A DNA stretch of 51,511 bases from Bradymonadales bacterium (GTDB taxonomy: Bacteria; Bdellovibrionota; UBA2394), in NCBI GenBank assembly GCA_007693605.1, contig REDG01000057.1, positions 1 to 51,511 of the forward strand, written 5' to 3'. A program made the position numbers and the translations under genes. Position 1 is the stretch's first letter; every line of letters starts with the position of its first letter. Below the pieces are notes generated by a model that worked only from the letters and a program-made list of their open reading frames with translations, was not told where the DNA came from and searched no databases. Of the stretch, positions 1-10,824 are shown one piece after another.

Positions 1-266
1 TTTCGATCGGGATGAATCGCGGCCTCACCGAAAATCTCTACCAACAAAGTTCGTGCCGACTCCATATGCTGCAACAGTGGTTCGGCCAAGACCTCGTCTC
101 TCGGATGAACCCAAAGCACTCGAAAGTGTTGGCTTTCGAGAGTCTGTACTGGGCCAAGGCTTGAAGATTGAAAGTGGTCTTGAAAGCTCGTCAAGCGATC
201 TTGACTCTTCAGGGCGGCGCCACTGCAAAAGAGGAAGGCAAAGGCTCCTACAAAGAAAACTCTCAT
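1..266 (-). CDS. Secreted protein, N-terminal part only (runs off the window); possibly peptidase MA-like/TPR protein
   Basis: Not in the ORF track; translated by hand: MRVFFVGAFAFLFCSGAALKSQDRL...LESQHFRVLWVHPRDEVLAEPLLQHMESAR. Its ATG overlaps the upstream stop (ATGA at 263-266), and the N-terminus is signal-peptide-like. Confidence 0.65.
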   Translation of the reverse strand, partial: MRVFFVGAFAFLFCSGAALKSQDRLTSFQDHFQSSSLGPVQTLESQHFRVLWVHPRDEVLAEPLLQHMESARTLLVEIFGEAAIHPDR

Positions 267-2758
267 CGCTGCAGCAACTCCTCAAAGTAGCGTTGATGGC
301 TTGGTTGATACTCTCGATCTACCTCTTGCCTGAGAGAGTTCATAATTCTTTGCCTTCGTTCCCTCTCCCCTCGACCCTCAGACTCAATAATTTCTACTCT
401 GTCGAGCATTCGATCTCGTTGTCGTTGCATCATCGCCTGAGCTTGTTCCTGCACTCGTTGTCGCATCTGTTGTTGGTGCTCTCGAGCTTGCCTCAACAGC
501 TCAAGACCCTCCTGTTCTGCACTGACCGCCTCAAAGCTCCGCTGAGACTCTAGCGATCGAGTTGCCTGGGTCATTTCTGTTTGAATTCTTCGCTCTAGAT
601 CTTCCTGACTACTGGATCGAAAAACAGACTCCCATTCGGTATTCTCCAGTTGCTCCGCAAATTTTTCTCCGAGCTTCTCCATGTCCGATCGTATCTTGTC
701 TTGCTCTTCTGCTAGCTCCTGAGACTTCTCATTCCACTTCAAAAGCTCTTGCTGCAGAGCCTCGATCGCCTCTTCTGGGGCCGCCTTGAACTCTTCGTCA
801 AGGCTTTCGCCCTGCTCTTGCCACTCTTGAGTTCTTTCAAGAAGTCTCTGCTGCCGTTCTGAGAGCTCTTGCAGGGCTCTCTCGTAAGACTCAGACGCCT
901 GCATCGCGCCTTGAGCCAAGTTTTCCTCCCATTGTTCTAAGCCTCGCTCAATCTCTTGTGTTAGAATGGAAAGCTGATTCGTTAAAGACTCTAGCTCTCG
1001 AAGTGCTAGTTCATCTTGACCCATACTCGCCAACCTCTTGATTTCTGCAATTCGATCCTCCAGCTCTTGACTCTGACTAATCTGCTCTTCAATGGCTTCG
1101 CGGTTTACATGTTGATCTTGAGGCCCCTGGGGAAGGTTTCTCATTCGTTCTCTCAAGTCCTCTAACTGTGCTGCCAGCCTCTCGAAAGCTTCTTGCATCT
1201 TCTCAGAACTCAAAGACTCTTTGCCCTGCCGAATCTCTTCTAGAAGTGCCGCGAGATCTTGCTGTGTTGCCCTCACCGAGTCTTTGGCCGCGTGGACATC
1301 GCCAGCCTTCTCTTGAAACAGTAAAGAAAGAGCGTAGAGGATCTGTCGCTCCAATTCACGGACAAAGGCCGGAATCTCTCTGAGCTGCTGAAGCCGTAGA
1401 ACTTGCCGCTCAATTCTGGACTGTAAACCCTGCATCTCTGCCACCCAGATTTCAAAGAGATCATGTTCGTAAACATCTGGTCGACCTAACAAACCTAAGT
1501 TCTGCTCAAGAGATGTGGCGAGCCTTTGGTCAGTCTTCGACTCCAACAAATCGGCTAAGACATGGATCCACTGATCGAGATAAGCTCTGATGTTCTGATT
1601 TCTCATCTCCCTCATATATTCTTCATCCGCGTACTGAATGATCAGAGATTGACTTCGAACCTCCTGCATCTGATCCCGCACAAGTAAATAGAGTGCGTGA
1701 GTTCCGCCGGGCCAATCTTCGATCTTCAGTTCAAAATCCTCTCGAAAATTGGTTCCCAAGTCTTCGAGACGAAGAAGCTCTGTTTCAGAGTCTCCGAATT
1801 CGTGGACAAACACCAAACTCTCTATACCAAAATCATCATGGGCCAATAGCTGCAAAGACAGCCGAGTGGAGTTTAGAATATTCAAGCGAGGATGGGGAAC
1901 CAGATCCTGTCCGTCTCGCAAAAAGATTCTTGCCCTGGGCGGCTCATCGTCTAACAGCTGAATCGGAAAAGCCGGAGAACGATTAAGAAGACTGCCTACA
2001 GCGTATTGAGCTCTGCCCTGGATCGTCCCTTCACACCACACTCCGCAAGCTCGAGCCGTCCAGTCACGGCCTTCTTCTCGAGTAAACAAATAGGCCTGCC
2101 AAAAGCCGAGCTGGGGCGCTTCAAATCGAAAGCGAGAATTCATCACTCCGGCTAAGGTTCCCGATCGGCTCTCCCATTCGGCCGCCTCTCTTGGAATCTT
2201 AATCTCATAGTCTGAAGGAAGCCACACAAGCTGGGCCCTTGCGGCCCTGTACTCGAGTCCGTTCACCGCCACCCAAGAGACTCCAATGAAGGAACAAGCC
2301 AAGACGAAACAAATCGCCAAGTTTCGGCTGGGCCAAATGAAGGCGGGTAGTTGCCCGACCTTACCAGTCCATCGATCAAGATGAGCCCGCTCAAAGTCTG
2401 AGGCTTGCTTCTTGTTCAGAAAGTAGGCAGCGGACTGAAGCTCTGTTTTCGCCTCCGGATGAAATCGAAAGTAAACGGCTTGGGCTTCAATCACTCGGGC
2501 GACCGACTCAAACGAGCCTTGATACTTTCGGATCAGAACCCAGAGAAACCAAAGAGCCCACAACGCGGTCAAAACCACCAAAACGGGTCGACTATAATCA
2601 GCTGCGGGAACTGCAACAAAAGCCCAGAAGTGCTGGACCAAAGCAAACACGCTAAAACTGAGCGCAAGGCCGAGCAAAGCGAGCTGTCCGAAGAAGAGTC
2701 CTCGGTAAAATTCATAAAGTCGCTTCTGTCTTCGAAGATAGCGAAAAAGATCAGACAT
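263..2758 (-). CDS. DUF4175-like membrane-anchored long coiled-coil protein
   Basis: 831 aa; three N-terminal TM segments, Ig-like region (LAHDDFGI), Q/E-rich coiled-coil C-terminus ending RYFEELLQR. Confidence 0.7.
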   Translation of the reverse strand: MSDLFRYLRRQKRLYEFYRGLFFGQLALLGLALSFSVFALVQHFWAFVAVPAADYSRPVLVVLTALWALWFLWVLIRKYQGSFESVARVIEAQAVYFRFHPEAKTELQSAAYFLNKKQASDFERAHLDRWTGKVGQLPAFIWPSRNLAICFVLACSFIGVSWVAVNGLEYRAARAQLVWLPSDYEIKIPREAAEWESRSGTLAGVMNSRFRFEAPQLGFWQAYLFTREEGRDWTARACGVWCEGTIQGRAQYAVGSLLNRSPAFPIQLLDDEPPRARIFLRDGQDLVPHPRLNILNSTRLSLQLLAHDDFGIESLVFVHEFGDSETELLRLEDLGTNFREDFELKIEDWPGGTHALYLLVRDQMQEVRSQSLIIQYADEEYMREMRNQNIRAYLDQWIHVLADLLESKTDQRLATSLEQNLGLLGRPDVYEHDLFEIWVAEMQGLQSRIERQVLRLQQLREIPAFVRELERQILYALSLLFQEKAGDVHAAKDSVRATQQDLAALLEEIRQGKESLSSEKMQEAFERLAAQLEDLRERMRNLPQGPQDQHVNREAIEEQISQSQELEDRIAEIKRLASMGQDELALRELESLTNQLSILTQEIERGLEQWEENLAQGAMQASESYERALQELSERQQRLLERTQEWQEQGESLDEEFKAAPEEAIEALQQELLKWNEKSQELAEEQDKIRSDMEKLGEKFAEQLENTEWESVFRSSSQEDLERRIQTEMTQATRSLESQRSFEAVSAEQEGLELLRQAREHQQQMRQRVQEQAQAMMQRQRDRMLDRVEIIESEGRGERERRQRIMNSLRQEVDREYQPSHQRYFEELLQR

Positions 2759-2766
2759 TCCTGGTC

Positions 2767-3876
2767 TTATTCTATCCTATTCTGTGAAAGAGATCGAACA
2801 CTCCAGTCAGAAAGCCCGGCCTTTGAAATAAGGCTAGAGAGCGCCTCAAACTCAGGTTCAGACAGACTCGCTTTTAGGTCCTCTAGTCTCTGTGGGGAGA
2901 GTTGAGCGAACTCCCCAAAATGACTTCGGTAGCTCTCTAAATCTCTTTTCAGCTTCTTGAATGGCCGAAAATGACTGTCACCCTCTGGCGTCGAATCCAG
3001 AAGAGCATGAGCCAGACTCCGCAGTGATTTGCGAAGTGCTAACGAGTAGAGTTGAGACTGAAGACCGAAGGACTGCGAATGCTTCTCACTCAATTCAATC
3101 AAAAGGGCCTCGGCCTCCGACTGCTGGTTCTTCTGAAGCGACTTTAGAGCAGAGTAAAAGTGGTCCAGATCCCGCCCGCTCAGATCAATGTCTTCGTAGG
3201 TCTCACTTCTTCGCAAATAGAATAGAAATCCGATGAGAAGGCCCAATCCAAATCCTGCCAAATGAGTCGTATAGGCCACCGACTTCGGTTCCACCCAAAA
3301 ATGCGTCGCCAAGCCCGAGACTTGAATCAAGAGCCAGAAGTAAACCAAGTATCGAAGTGGAATAAAGAAGGTCGTGGGAAGCTGAGGAACGGGAATCACA
3401 AGAAAGAGCATTTTGATCTTCGAAAGCGGAAACAGCGCCACACAGGCTCCCAACAGAAAGGCCCCCGAGCCCGAAGCCCCAACGATGGGTGCTGATTGCT
3501 GACCCTGAACAAAGATTTCGGGAATCACGGCCAGAGCCCCTGCCAGTAGGACAAAAACCAAATAACGAAGGGGCCCCCAGGCGTTTTCTAAGATCCATCC
3601 AAAGATGAGCAGATACCACATATTTGAGATCAAATGAGCCCAAGACGCATGCACAAACTGATAGGTCAAAAGCTGCCAAACTTGAAGGCCCTGAGAAGGC
3701 ACCACCGCCCAACGATAAGTCCAACTGGACTCAAAAGCTTCATCTCCAAAGTTCTTTGCCAGACCAAGGTCGAGTTGAACAATCCAGACAAAAAAGGCGC
3801 TGCAAAGTCCGATCAAGCTGAGCGTCATCAACGGGAGTCTTCGAAATGGAAGGTTAGAGCCAATGGGAAGAAACAT
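2767..3876 (-). CDS. Rhomboid family intramembrane serine protease with C-terminal soluble domain
   Basis: W.LLTYQFVHASWAHLISNM, GASG catalytic Ser motif, AYTTHLAG catalytic His. Confidence 0.9.
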   Translation of the reverse strand: MFLPIGSNLPFRRLPLMTLSLIGLCSAFFVWIVQLDLGLAKNFGDEAFESSWTYRWAVVPSQGLQVWQLLTYQFVHASWAHLISNMWYLLIFGWILENAWGPLRYLVFVLLAGALAVIPEIFVQGQQSAPIVGASGSGAFLLGACVALFPLSKIKMLFLVIPVPQLPTTFFIPLRYLVYFWLLIQVSGLATHFWVEPKSVAYTTHLAGFGLGLLIGFLFYLRRSETYEDIDLSGRDLDHFYSALKSLQKNQQSEAEALLIELSEKHSQSFGLQSQLYSLALRKSLRSLAHALLDSTPEGDSHFRPFKKLKRDLESYRSHFGEFAQLSPQRLEDLKASLSEPEFEALSSLISKAGLSDWSVRSLSQNRIE

Positions 3877-3985
3877 CTCTTAGGCCATCGGCAAGTGGAC
3901 CCCTTTCAGAGAGCTTCTTCTAAAGAATGCAGAGCCCTATGGCTGAAAAGACAAAGATCACTAAAGACGCAAACGCGTCATTCGA

Positions 3986-4432
3986 TCAAGACAGCGAACC
4001 GTGGCACTTCTTGTATTTTTTTGAAGATCCGCACGGACAGGGATCGTTACGCCCGACTTTGACCTGGTCGCGTCGCTGCGTCTTCTGTTTCGGAAATTCT
4101 GAGTCAAAATAAAACCAACGGCCTTCGTGCCTGCGAAACTCAGCGAATTCAGAGTGGGGAATGATTTCTTGCTTCCTCTCGTAGGTCGCCGTGAAGTGAA
4201 TCACACAGGAATCATCTTGTGGCTTCACCTCATGAATCTCAAGGGACTTCCACTTGGAGCCCGTGGACCAAGATTTCACAGCGTCTCGATCCACTTGATC
4301 TCTGCTTTCTGGATGGTGGGTCTCTAAAATGAAATCCACATCCCCTCGCACAAAAGCCGCATATCTGGCTCTCAACAAGGCCTCCGGCTCTAATTGGAGG
4401 TTTTCAACCGCTGAACTCTTAAGAGTGCTCAT
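3986..4432 (-). CDS. ychJ: YchJ family protein with C-terminal SEC-C motif
   Basis: [44 protein letters not shown]; start uncertain (4432 or 4444). Confidence 0.85.
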   Translation of the reverse strand: MSTLKSSAVENLQLEPEALLRARYAAFVRGDVDFILETHHPESRDQVDRDAVKSWSTGSKWKSLEIHEVKPQDDSCVIHFTATYERKQEIIPHSEFAEFRRHEGRWFYFDSEFPKQKTQRRDQVKVGRNDPCPCGSSKKYKKCHGSLS

Positions 4433-4542
4433 TATTATTGGCATCTAAGACGCATTGTGTTGTCTGGACCAGTAAATTTTTCAGATTTCTCGTGACGGCA
4501 TCCCGAGGGACTTTGATACACTGTAGGGGCGGGGCTGGGGAT

Positions 4543-4998
4543 ATGTTTTTATTAGCGACATCGTGGTTGATCTCTTCATGGAGCTTCCAAATTTTTGACT
4601 CGACTAGCCTCGCCGTTGAGAGATTCCAGCCCCAGATTGAAAGCGTTTTTATTCCAGCCGGCATGGTCGCATCGGACCCGCTTCAAATTACTGTCGAGTA
4701 CCGACTGAAGAACTCTTGCGAACGATTGGCTCGCACGAATGTGTTTCCGCACGAAGAACACCGACGAGTCTTACAGTTGGTTTCTGAAGCCTATCGAGAG
4801 CCGAGGGAAGACTGTCAAGATGGGAACTTTATCAGAAAGGTGAGGGTGCCGCTCGGCCCGCTGCCTGTAGGTTCTTACGAGCTTCGAAATTATCACCGCT
4901 TAGCCCAACGCTTCGGAAAGCTTGAAGTGAAAGTGGTTGATGAGGACTCTGTGCTTGAACACAGACTAGCCTTTTCTTACGACCCAATCTTGAGATAG
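4543..4998 (+). CDS. Hypothetical exported protein
   Basis: ORF 4438-4998; likely start ATG 4543 gives a hydrophobic N-terminus; contains a Cys pair. Confidence 0.6.
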   Translation: MFLLATSWLISSWSFQIFDSTSLAVERFQPQIESVFIPAGMVASDPLQITVEYRLKNSCERLARTNVFPHEEHRRVLQLVSEAYREPREDCQDGNFIRKVRVPLGPLPVGSYELRNYHRLAQRFGKLEVKVVDEDSVLEHRLAFSYDPILR

Positions 4999-5009
4999 AA
5001 TTCAAGGTC

Positions 5010-5480
5010 ATGAAGTACTGGCTCATGAAGAATGAGGTCGAGGATTACTCCATCGATGATCTCAAGAGAGATAAGAAAACTCTTTGGACGGGCGTTCGCA
5101 ACTACCAGGCCCGCAACTTCATGCGAGACGAGATGCAGCCCGGAGATCTTGCCATTTTTTACCACAGCAATGCGGAGCCCTCAGGGGCCGCCGGCATCAT
5201 GAAGATTCGAGGCAAGTCTTTGGCTGACCCCACACAGTTTGAAAAGACTTCAGATTATTATGACGAGAAAGCCTCTCATGAAAAGCCTCGCTGGTTTCTT
5301 CGAGAAGTTGAGTTCGTCAGGAAGTTGAAGCGACTCGTGTCGATTCAAGAGATGCGAGAGATTCCCGCCTGTCGGGATATGTTGACCCTTCAAAAAGGCT
5401 CTCGGCTCTCTATCACTCCCCTCAAAAAAGGGGAGTGGGACGCCATTTTAAAGGCTTCTGAGAAGAACCCTCGCGGATAA
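5010..5480 (+). CDS. EVE domain protein
   Basis: MKYWLMKNE, WTGVRNYQARNFMR, GDLAIFYHSN, SRLSI. Confidence 0.95.
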   Translation: MKYWLMKNEVEDYSIDDLKRDKKTLWTGVRNYQARNFMRDEMQPGDLAIFYHSNAEPSGAAGIMKIRGKSLADPTQFEKTSDYYDEKASHEKPRWFLREVEFVRKLKRLVSIQEMREIPACRDMLTLQKGSRLSITPLKKGEWDAILKASEKNPRG

Positions 5481-5552
5481 TTAAATAGTCGATTCGAGGC
5501 GATCTCTGTGTTAGTTAGCTTAGGGATCGGAGTGATTAGTGCAGGGAGATGG

Positions 5553-7427
5553 ATGAGGGGTCTTTTTTTTCTAAGCTTGATGTTCACGATGCTTTGGAGC
5601 TTAAACTCCGACCTAGTGGCGGACAGCCCGAAGAGGCCAAGCCTTCGAAGCTGCCTGTTGGGCATCTCTGGCCTGGCCCCCCAGCAGGGATCTCAAAAGC
5701 TTGCGGAGCATTTCCCGATACTGCCTAAGCCAAGCCAAGTGACAGTCTGGCAAAAACTGCCCGTCCAAAAACGAATGGAGATCATCCCTGCGATGCTGCT
5801 CTACCTCGAGACCAAGGGGGAGGAGGCTCACGGACTTTTTGAGAGGCTAGTGTTGCAATCGATTGAGGAGCTTGACTCTCTAGCTTCGGCCGAGAAAGAC
5901 GAGCTCTCGACTGCTGTTCTTCTCAGAACAATCAGCCAGTTGCTGGAGTTTGGATCTCATCCTCAGTTTCAGAATAAGCCAGATCTCAGGGACTCTGTCG
6001 AACTGGGCATTTACGATCTTTTGCGATTGTCCTCCGATCGTTTCGACCAAGAAGAGCTGATTGCCCTAGCAGCCGCCATTGAGAGAGTCTTAGAGAAAGT
6101 TCAAGAAGACCTGACAAAAGCCAGCAATTCTCGAGTGAAAAGGCATCAATCTTTAGAGGCCTCTCTCTATTTGTTTTTAGCCGAGCTTCGCCAAGAGAAT
6201 CTTGTTAGGCCCTTGCTGGTTGAGCAGCTGATGCCCACCTTCATTTCTCGCTATCAACAAATTCAACGAGCGCCTAGAAAAAAGTCCCATCTGGAGCTCA
6301 AGAAACGACTCGCTCGCCTGATTTTCGAATGGCCCCTGCCTTTTCATGATCATGCCTCCCGACAGTTTTTCAATGAGGTGAATGCCCTTTTTGCTCGGAA
6401 TGATTCTAGTGTTCGACGAATGGCCGCCACGAATCTTACTCGGTGGGTAACAATTCAGGCTGTGTCTTTTGAAGATCTTTTGTATGTCGCCACCTTCTTT
6501 CCTGATGTGCGGGCTGGGTGGCTTCGGGAGGATTCTCCGGAGGCAGAAGAAAAGGCTTATGCTGATTTGCAGAGCCGCATCGAAGCCATCATCTCCGCTC
6601 GAAGGCTTCATCTTTTGGAAAACCTTGAGAAGGAACATTTGCAGGATAGTAACCACCGCCTTCGTACAGACTTGTTTGCACTGGCCCTGTTGCCTGACCA
6701 AATTGGCTTCGAAAGCGGATTGAAGGAAAAACTGGAAGAGATCATCGAGCACTTTCCTGATAACAGCCTGGTCACTGATTTGATTCGAAGAACTCACTCC
6801 GGAGTCCATCGAAATCCACCAGTTCGGATGAGCCGGGATCGACACGACGAAAGTACTGAATTAGAGGCTAGCCTTCACTTCTTTAGGGAACAGTTGGATG
6901 CCCTGGAGTCTCGACTAGACCTCGCAAGACTGAACGGGCTTCTCCAAGATCTTAAATTTTATGGCTTTGACGATGTGGAGAGGAAGCCCCTAGAGGCTCT
7001 TTTGAAGGCAGAGGCTCCGAGCCCTAAGGAGGCAAGGCTCTACCTTGAAGTGCTCCAGGATTTCTTTTATTTTCGAGCCCGACTCGATGATCCCCTGCTG
7101 GCGGACATTGAAGTCGAAGAGGCCTCGTCTGACGGAAGTGAAGATTCTGTTTGGGACCCCGAAGAGTCCGAAGAGGTTGAGGAGTCGGAGAGAGAGGTAA
7201 GACCAGGAAGTCTCTACGAATATACTCTCCCCTCATTAGTTGACCTGGATTACATTGAAAGCTTGATGAACAATCCAGAGCCTCGCCCGACTGAACGGAT
7301 CCTCGCGAAAGCATATCTTAAATATCTTGAAATCCTCTGGAACGGCTCCAAAGCCTCGAGTCTTGAGCGGCAAGATTGGCACAAACTCAACCGAAGGCTC
7401 ACGCTGGCCATCGAGGAACAGGGCTAA
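5553..7427 (+). CDS. Hypothetical secreted helical protein
   Basis: Long ORF; ATG 5553 gives a signal peptide (MRGLFFLSLMFTMLWSL); no recognisable motif. Confidence 0.7.
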   Translation: MRGLFFLSLMFTMLWSLNSDLVADSPKRPSLRSCLLGISGLAPQQGSQKLAEHFPILPKPSQVTVWQKLPVQKRMEIIPAMLLYLETKGEEAHGLFERLVLQSIEELDSLASAEKDELSTAVLLRTISQLLEFGSHPQFQNKPDLRDSVELGIYDLLRLSSDRFDQEELIALAAAIERVLEKVQEDLTKASNSRVKRHQSLEASLYLFLAELRQENLVRPLLVEQLMPTFISRYQQIQRAPRKKSHLELKKRLARLIFEWPLPFHDHASRQFFNEVNALFARNDSSVRRMAATNLTRWVTIQAVSFEDLLYVATFFPDVRAGWLREDSPEAEEKAYADLQSRIEAIISARRLHLLENLEKEHLQDSNHRLRTDLFALALLPDQIGFESGLKEKLEEIIEHFPDNSLVTDLIRRTHSGVHRNPPVRMSRDRHDESTELEASLHFFREQLDALESRLDLARLNGLLQDLKFYGFDDVERKPLEALLKAEAPSPKEARLYLEVLQDFFYFRARLDDPLLADIEVEEASSDGSEDSVWDPEESEEVEESEREVRPGSLYEYTLPSLVDLDYIESLMNNPEPRPTERILAKAYLKYLEILWNGSKASSLERQDWHKLNRRLTLAIEEQG

Positions 7428-7536
7428 GCCATTCCTGAAAGGGGCCAGCTCGAGCTCCTCTTGAAGCCTCTGGACTGTTCTGCGGCTGCCCCAAAAGCCC
7501 TTCCGTCCTTTGGACCGGCAGCGCCTCCTGAGGCTT

Positions 7537-9666
7537 CTACTTCTGTTCTTTCGCCCGTTGCTCTTGATACTTTTTCACAAGCTCTTCTTGCTTCTGTTTA
7601 GGAACCGGCGAGTAGCGAGAAAACTCCATTGAAAATGTGGCCTTCCCCTGACTCATCGAGCGAAGATCGTTGGCGTAGCCAAACATTTCTGACAAGGGCA
7701 CTTCCGCCAAAATGGTGGTGATATTGTTGTCCGTTTGACTGCTCAAAATCATCCCTCTTCGTTGGTTTAATCCTCCGAGCACATTCCCCTGAAACTCTTC
7801 CGGACTTTCCACCTCGACCTTCATGATGGGCTCCAGAATCACCGGTGAGGCCTTCGGATAAAACTCTCGAAAAGCCGCCATCGCACAAATTCGAAAGGCC
7901 ATCTCTGAAGAGTCCACTTCGTGAAAAGCGCCGTCTTGAAGTCGAGCTTTCACATTCACGACCGGAAATCCGATCAAAGATCCCTTTTTGAGCTGCTCAA
8001 TAAAGCCCTTGTCGACGGCAGGAATATACTCACGAGGAATGCGACCGCCCACAATCTCGTCAGAAAACTCATAGGGTTCTGGGCTGTCTGCTGGCAAGGG
8101 CTCAAATCGCCCGACCACTTTCGCAAACTGTCCCTGACCCCCGGTTTGCTTCTTGTGCGTATAGTCAAAGTCAACGCCTTGAGTGATCGTCTCTCGATAG
8201 GCCACCTGAGGCATTCCAGTCACACACTCAACATTGTACTCTCTCTTTAGTCTCTCCACATAAATCTCGAGATGAAGCTCCCCCATCCCGGCTATCAGTG
8301 TCTCATTACTCTCTTCATCCAAACTCACCTGAAAAGTCGGATCTTCCTTTGAAAATCGATTCAAGGCCTTTGAAAAATTGCCCGCGGCTGACTTGTCTTT
8401 GGGTGCCACCGCAAGCTTCACGACAGGACTCGGCACAAACATTGAAGTCATCGACAGATAGGTTCCCTCTTTACAGAATGTGTCCCCCGTAAAGCAGTCC
8501 ACACCGAAAAGAGCCACGATATCTCCGCCTTGAACCCCCTCAATATCCACCATTTTGTCTGAGTGCATTCGAACCAAACGACCCACTTTGACTCGTGTGT
8601 CGCGGGCCACGTTGTAAATGAAGTCTCCCTTGGTCAAAGAACCTTGATAGACACGAATATAGGTCAACTGTCCGTAGCGGCCGTCTTCGAGCTTAAAGGC
8701 TAGACCCACGAAAGGCTTGTCGGGGTCCGAATCAAGAACCACTTCTTCCTCATTCTTCTTGATATCCAAGGCCACATTTCTCATCTCTTTCGGATTGGGC
8801 AAGAAGTGGCTAACTGCATCCAGTAAGGGCTGCACCCCTTTGTTTTTGTAGGCCGACCCACAAAAAACAGGAACCAGCTTCAAAGCGATCACCGCCCTTC
8901 GGGTGGCGGCGTAGATTTCATCTTCAGAAATCTCCTGTCCCTCCAAATATTTCTCGGCAATCGCATCGTCTGCATCAGCGAGGCCTTCGATCATCTTTGA
9001 TCGCAGCTCTTGGGCTTTGGCCAAATGCTCTTCGGGAATCTCCTTCTCAATCACTTTTTCTCCGTTGTCTCCTTCGTAGAAGTAGGCCTTCATTCGGATC
9101 AAATCGACCTGACCCTGATGATTGTCTTCGAGCCCGATGGGAATCTGGTACATCACGGAATGAAGCCCAAGTTTTTCTCGCAACTGCTCACAAACCCGAA
9201 AGGGATTGGCCCCTTGACGATCGAGCTTGTTGACAAAGGCCAATCGAGGCACTCGGTAACGCTTCATCTGGCGATCTACCGTGATCGACTGAGACTGAAC
9301 CCCAGCCACTCCGCAAAGAACCAAAATCGCTCCGTCTAGCACACGAAGGGCTCTCTCCACTTCAATGGTAAAGTCTACGTGGCCGGGAGTGTCGATGATG
9401 TTGATATTGTGATTTTTCCATTCACAAAAGGTGGCGGCCGATTGAATCGTGATTCCCTTTTCTCGCTCGAGGTCCATCGAGTCCATCGTCGCCCCAACTC
9501 CAGACTTCCCCTTCACCTCTTCGATCTTGTGAATCTTTCCGGTGTAAAAAAGAATCCGCTCCGTCAGCGTCGTTTTTCCTGAATCGATATGAGCTGAAAT
9601 TCCGATGTTTCGAATTTTATCAATTCGATCGAGTGCTTGGTTTTGTTTGCTTTGAGCTACGGCCAT
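7537..9666 (-). CDS. fusA: Elongation factor G (stand-alone; spirochete/delta/mitochondrial EF-G1-like)
   Basis: [60 protein letters not shown]. Confidence 0.97.
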   Translation of the reverse strand: MAVAQSKQNQALDRIDKIRNIGISAHIDSGKTTLTERILFYTGKIHKIEEVKGKSGVGATMDSMDLEREKGITIQSAATFCEWKNHNINIIDTPGHVDFTIEVERALRVLDGAILVLCGVAGVQSQSITVDRQMKRYRVPRLAFVNKLDRQGANPFRVCEQLREKLGLHSVMYQIPIGLEDNHQGQVDLIRMKAYFYEGDNGEKVIEKEIPEEHLAKAQELRSKMIEGLADADDAIAEKYLEGQEISEDEIYAATRRAVIALKLVPVFCGSAYKNKGVQPLLDAVSHFLPNPKEMRNVALDIKKNEEEVVLDSDPDKPFVGLAFKLEDGRYGQLTYIRVYQGSLTKGDFIYNVARDTRVKVGRLVRMHSDKMVDIEGVQGGDIVALFGVDCFTGDTFCKEGTYLSMTSMFVPSPVVKLAVAPKDKSAAGNFSKALNRFSKEDPTFQVSLDEESNETLIAGMGELHLEIYVERLKREYNVECVTGMPQVAYRETITQGVDFDYTHKKQTGGQGQFAKVVGRFEPLPADSPEPYEFSDEIVGGRIPREYIPAVDKGFIEQLKKGSLIGFPVVNVKARLQDGAFHEVDSSEMAFRICAMAAFREFYPKASPVILEPIMKVEVESPEEFQGNVLGGLNQRRGMILSSQTDNNITTILAEVPLSEMFGYANDLRSMSQGKATFSMEFSRYSPVPKQKQEELVKKYQEQRAKEQK

Positions 9667-9877
9667 TTTCTCTTTTTACTCCTTCAAATTCAAATCCGAT
9701 TGCGAGCCTGAATCAAAACTCAGGCTCCTCTTAAACACATAAGTATCTACACCCTTCTACGAATAAGCGCGAATTTGCTCAAGCCCCGATGGGGTCAAAC
9801 TGCGTCTGAAATGGTGCGGCAGCATGGTCAAAAAGCCCCCTCTTTCCCATTAGTTAGAACGAATGTCAAAAAAGGCC

Positions 9878-9904
9878 TCAAGTTTTCTGACGCGCCGCCG
9901 ATAG
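9878..9904 (+). promoter_or_regulatory. Sigma28 (FliA) promoter of the flagellin-like gene
   Basis: TCAAGTTT-N11-GCCGATAG versus consensus TAAAGTTT-N11-GCCGATAA, 30 nt upstream of the start; GGA-rich leader/SD follows. Confidence 0.8.
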
Positions 9905-9934
9905 ACCAGTAAGGAAAGGAGAAGGGAGGGCCTC

Positions 9935-10747
9935 TTGAAAATTGGAAGCTTTAATCAGTTTAGTCTCTTAAACCAGCTTGCTGGCTCCCAGAAAAAGCTT
10001 CAGCTAGGTTTCAATATGCTCTCGTCGGGAAAGAAACCCTTCTCTCTCAACCCCGCCAACTCTGCCATCGCCACCGGCCTCTCTTCTCAAATCAAGAGTT
10101 TGGCTCAAGTCAACCAAGGCATCAATCTCAGCAAAATGGCCTTGACCACCGCTGACGGCGCTCTGGCCTCAGTGGGCAAAGATTTGCAAGACCTCAGAGA
10201 CTTGGCCCTGCAGGCGATGAACGGGGGCGACTCACTCGATGCCCTGAACGATCAAGCTCAGTCTCTTCTGGCAAACATTGACGCCAGCTCAAAGAATACG
10301 AACTTTAACGGAAATAAACTCTTAGACGGCAGCTTTCAACAAAGCACCAACCTCGACCCCAACGCGAAATCCTCTCTTAACATCAGCCTTTCAAGCTCTA
10401 GCCTCAAGTCTCTGGGGCTAGAAGGTTTAGACATCAGCACGCCAGAGAAGGCCGAAGCCGCTCTTGAGAAAATCGATGAGGCGATTCAAAAAAACCTGGA
10501 AGCCCGATCTGGAATTGGCGCAAAACAGTCTGCCCTTCAATCGGCGACCAACACGAACTTGGTGGCCATTGAAAACCTGTCGAGTGCTGCCTCTCAACTC
10601 ACCGATGTCGACTACGCAAAGACGATTTCAGAGTTCCAACTCAATGCTTTCAAGTTTCAATCTCAGGTGGCCCTACTGAACCTTCAAAACCAGATGTTCA
10701 AGAGCATTTCTCAGCTCTTGATTGGCAAGCTCTCAGGCAAATCTTAG
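9935..10747 (+). CDS. Short, divergent flagellin-like protein
   Basis: LSSGK, TADGAL, LRDLALQA, TNFNGNKLLDGS, RSGIGAKQ, ENLSSAASQLTDVDYA; TTG start with strong SD; sigma28 promoter. Confidence 0.85.
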   Translation: MKIGSFNQFSLLNQLAGSQKKLQLGFNMLSSGKKPFSLNPANSAIATGLSSQIKSLAQVNQGINLSKMALTTADGALASVGKDLQDLRDLALQAMNGGDSLDALNDQAQSLLANIDASSKNTNFNGNKLLDGSFQQSTNLDPNAKSSLNISLSSSSLKSLGLEGLDISTPEKAEAALEKIDEAIQKNLEARSGIGAKQSALQSATNTNLVAIENLSSAASQLTDVDYAKTISEFQLNAFKFQSQVALLNLQNQMFKSISQLLIGKLSGKS

Positions 10748-10748
10748 T

Positions 10749-10814
10749 GGGAGTGTCGCGAGGGCAGATGGACCCTTATCGCCACTCCCGAATCGAGAGT
10801 TTGGCGACAATCCC
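10749..10814. repeat. Minimal palindromic REP/MITE-like element plus an extra end motif, between convergent genes
   Basis: GGGAGTGTCGCGAGGG-cagatgga-CCCTTATCGCCACTCCC hairpin (10749-10789); 10797-10814 reverse-complements to GGGATTGTCGCCAAACTC, a variant of the same end motif. Confidence 0.8.
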
Positions 10815-10824
10815 TTAATCAGCC

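Noticed and set aside
53..553. Many antisense or alternative-frame ORFs in the track (e.g. 53-553, 6177-6845, 24230-24766, 42954-43577)
   Set aside because: Shadow ORFs fully overlapping well-supported genes, with no motifs.
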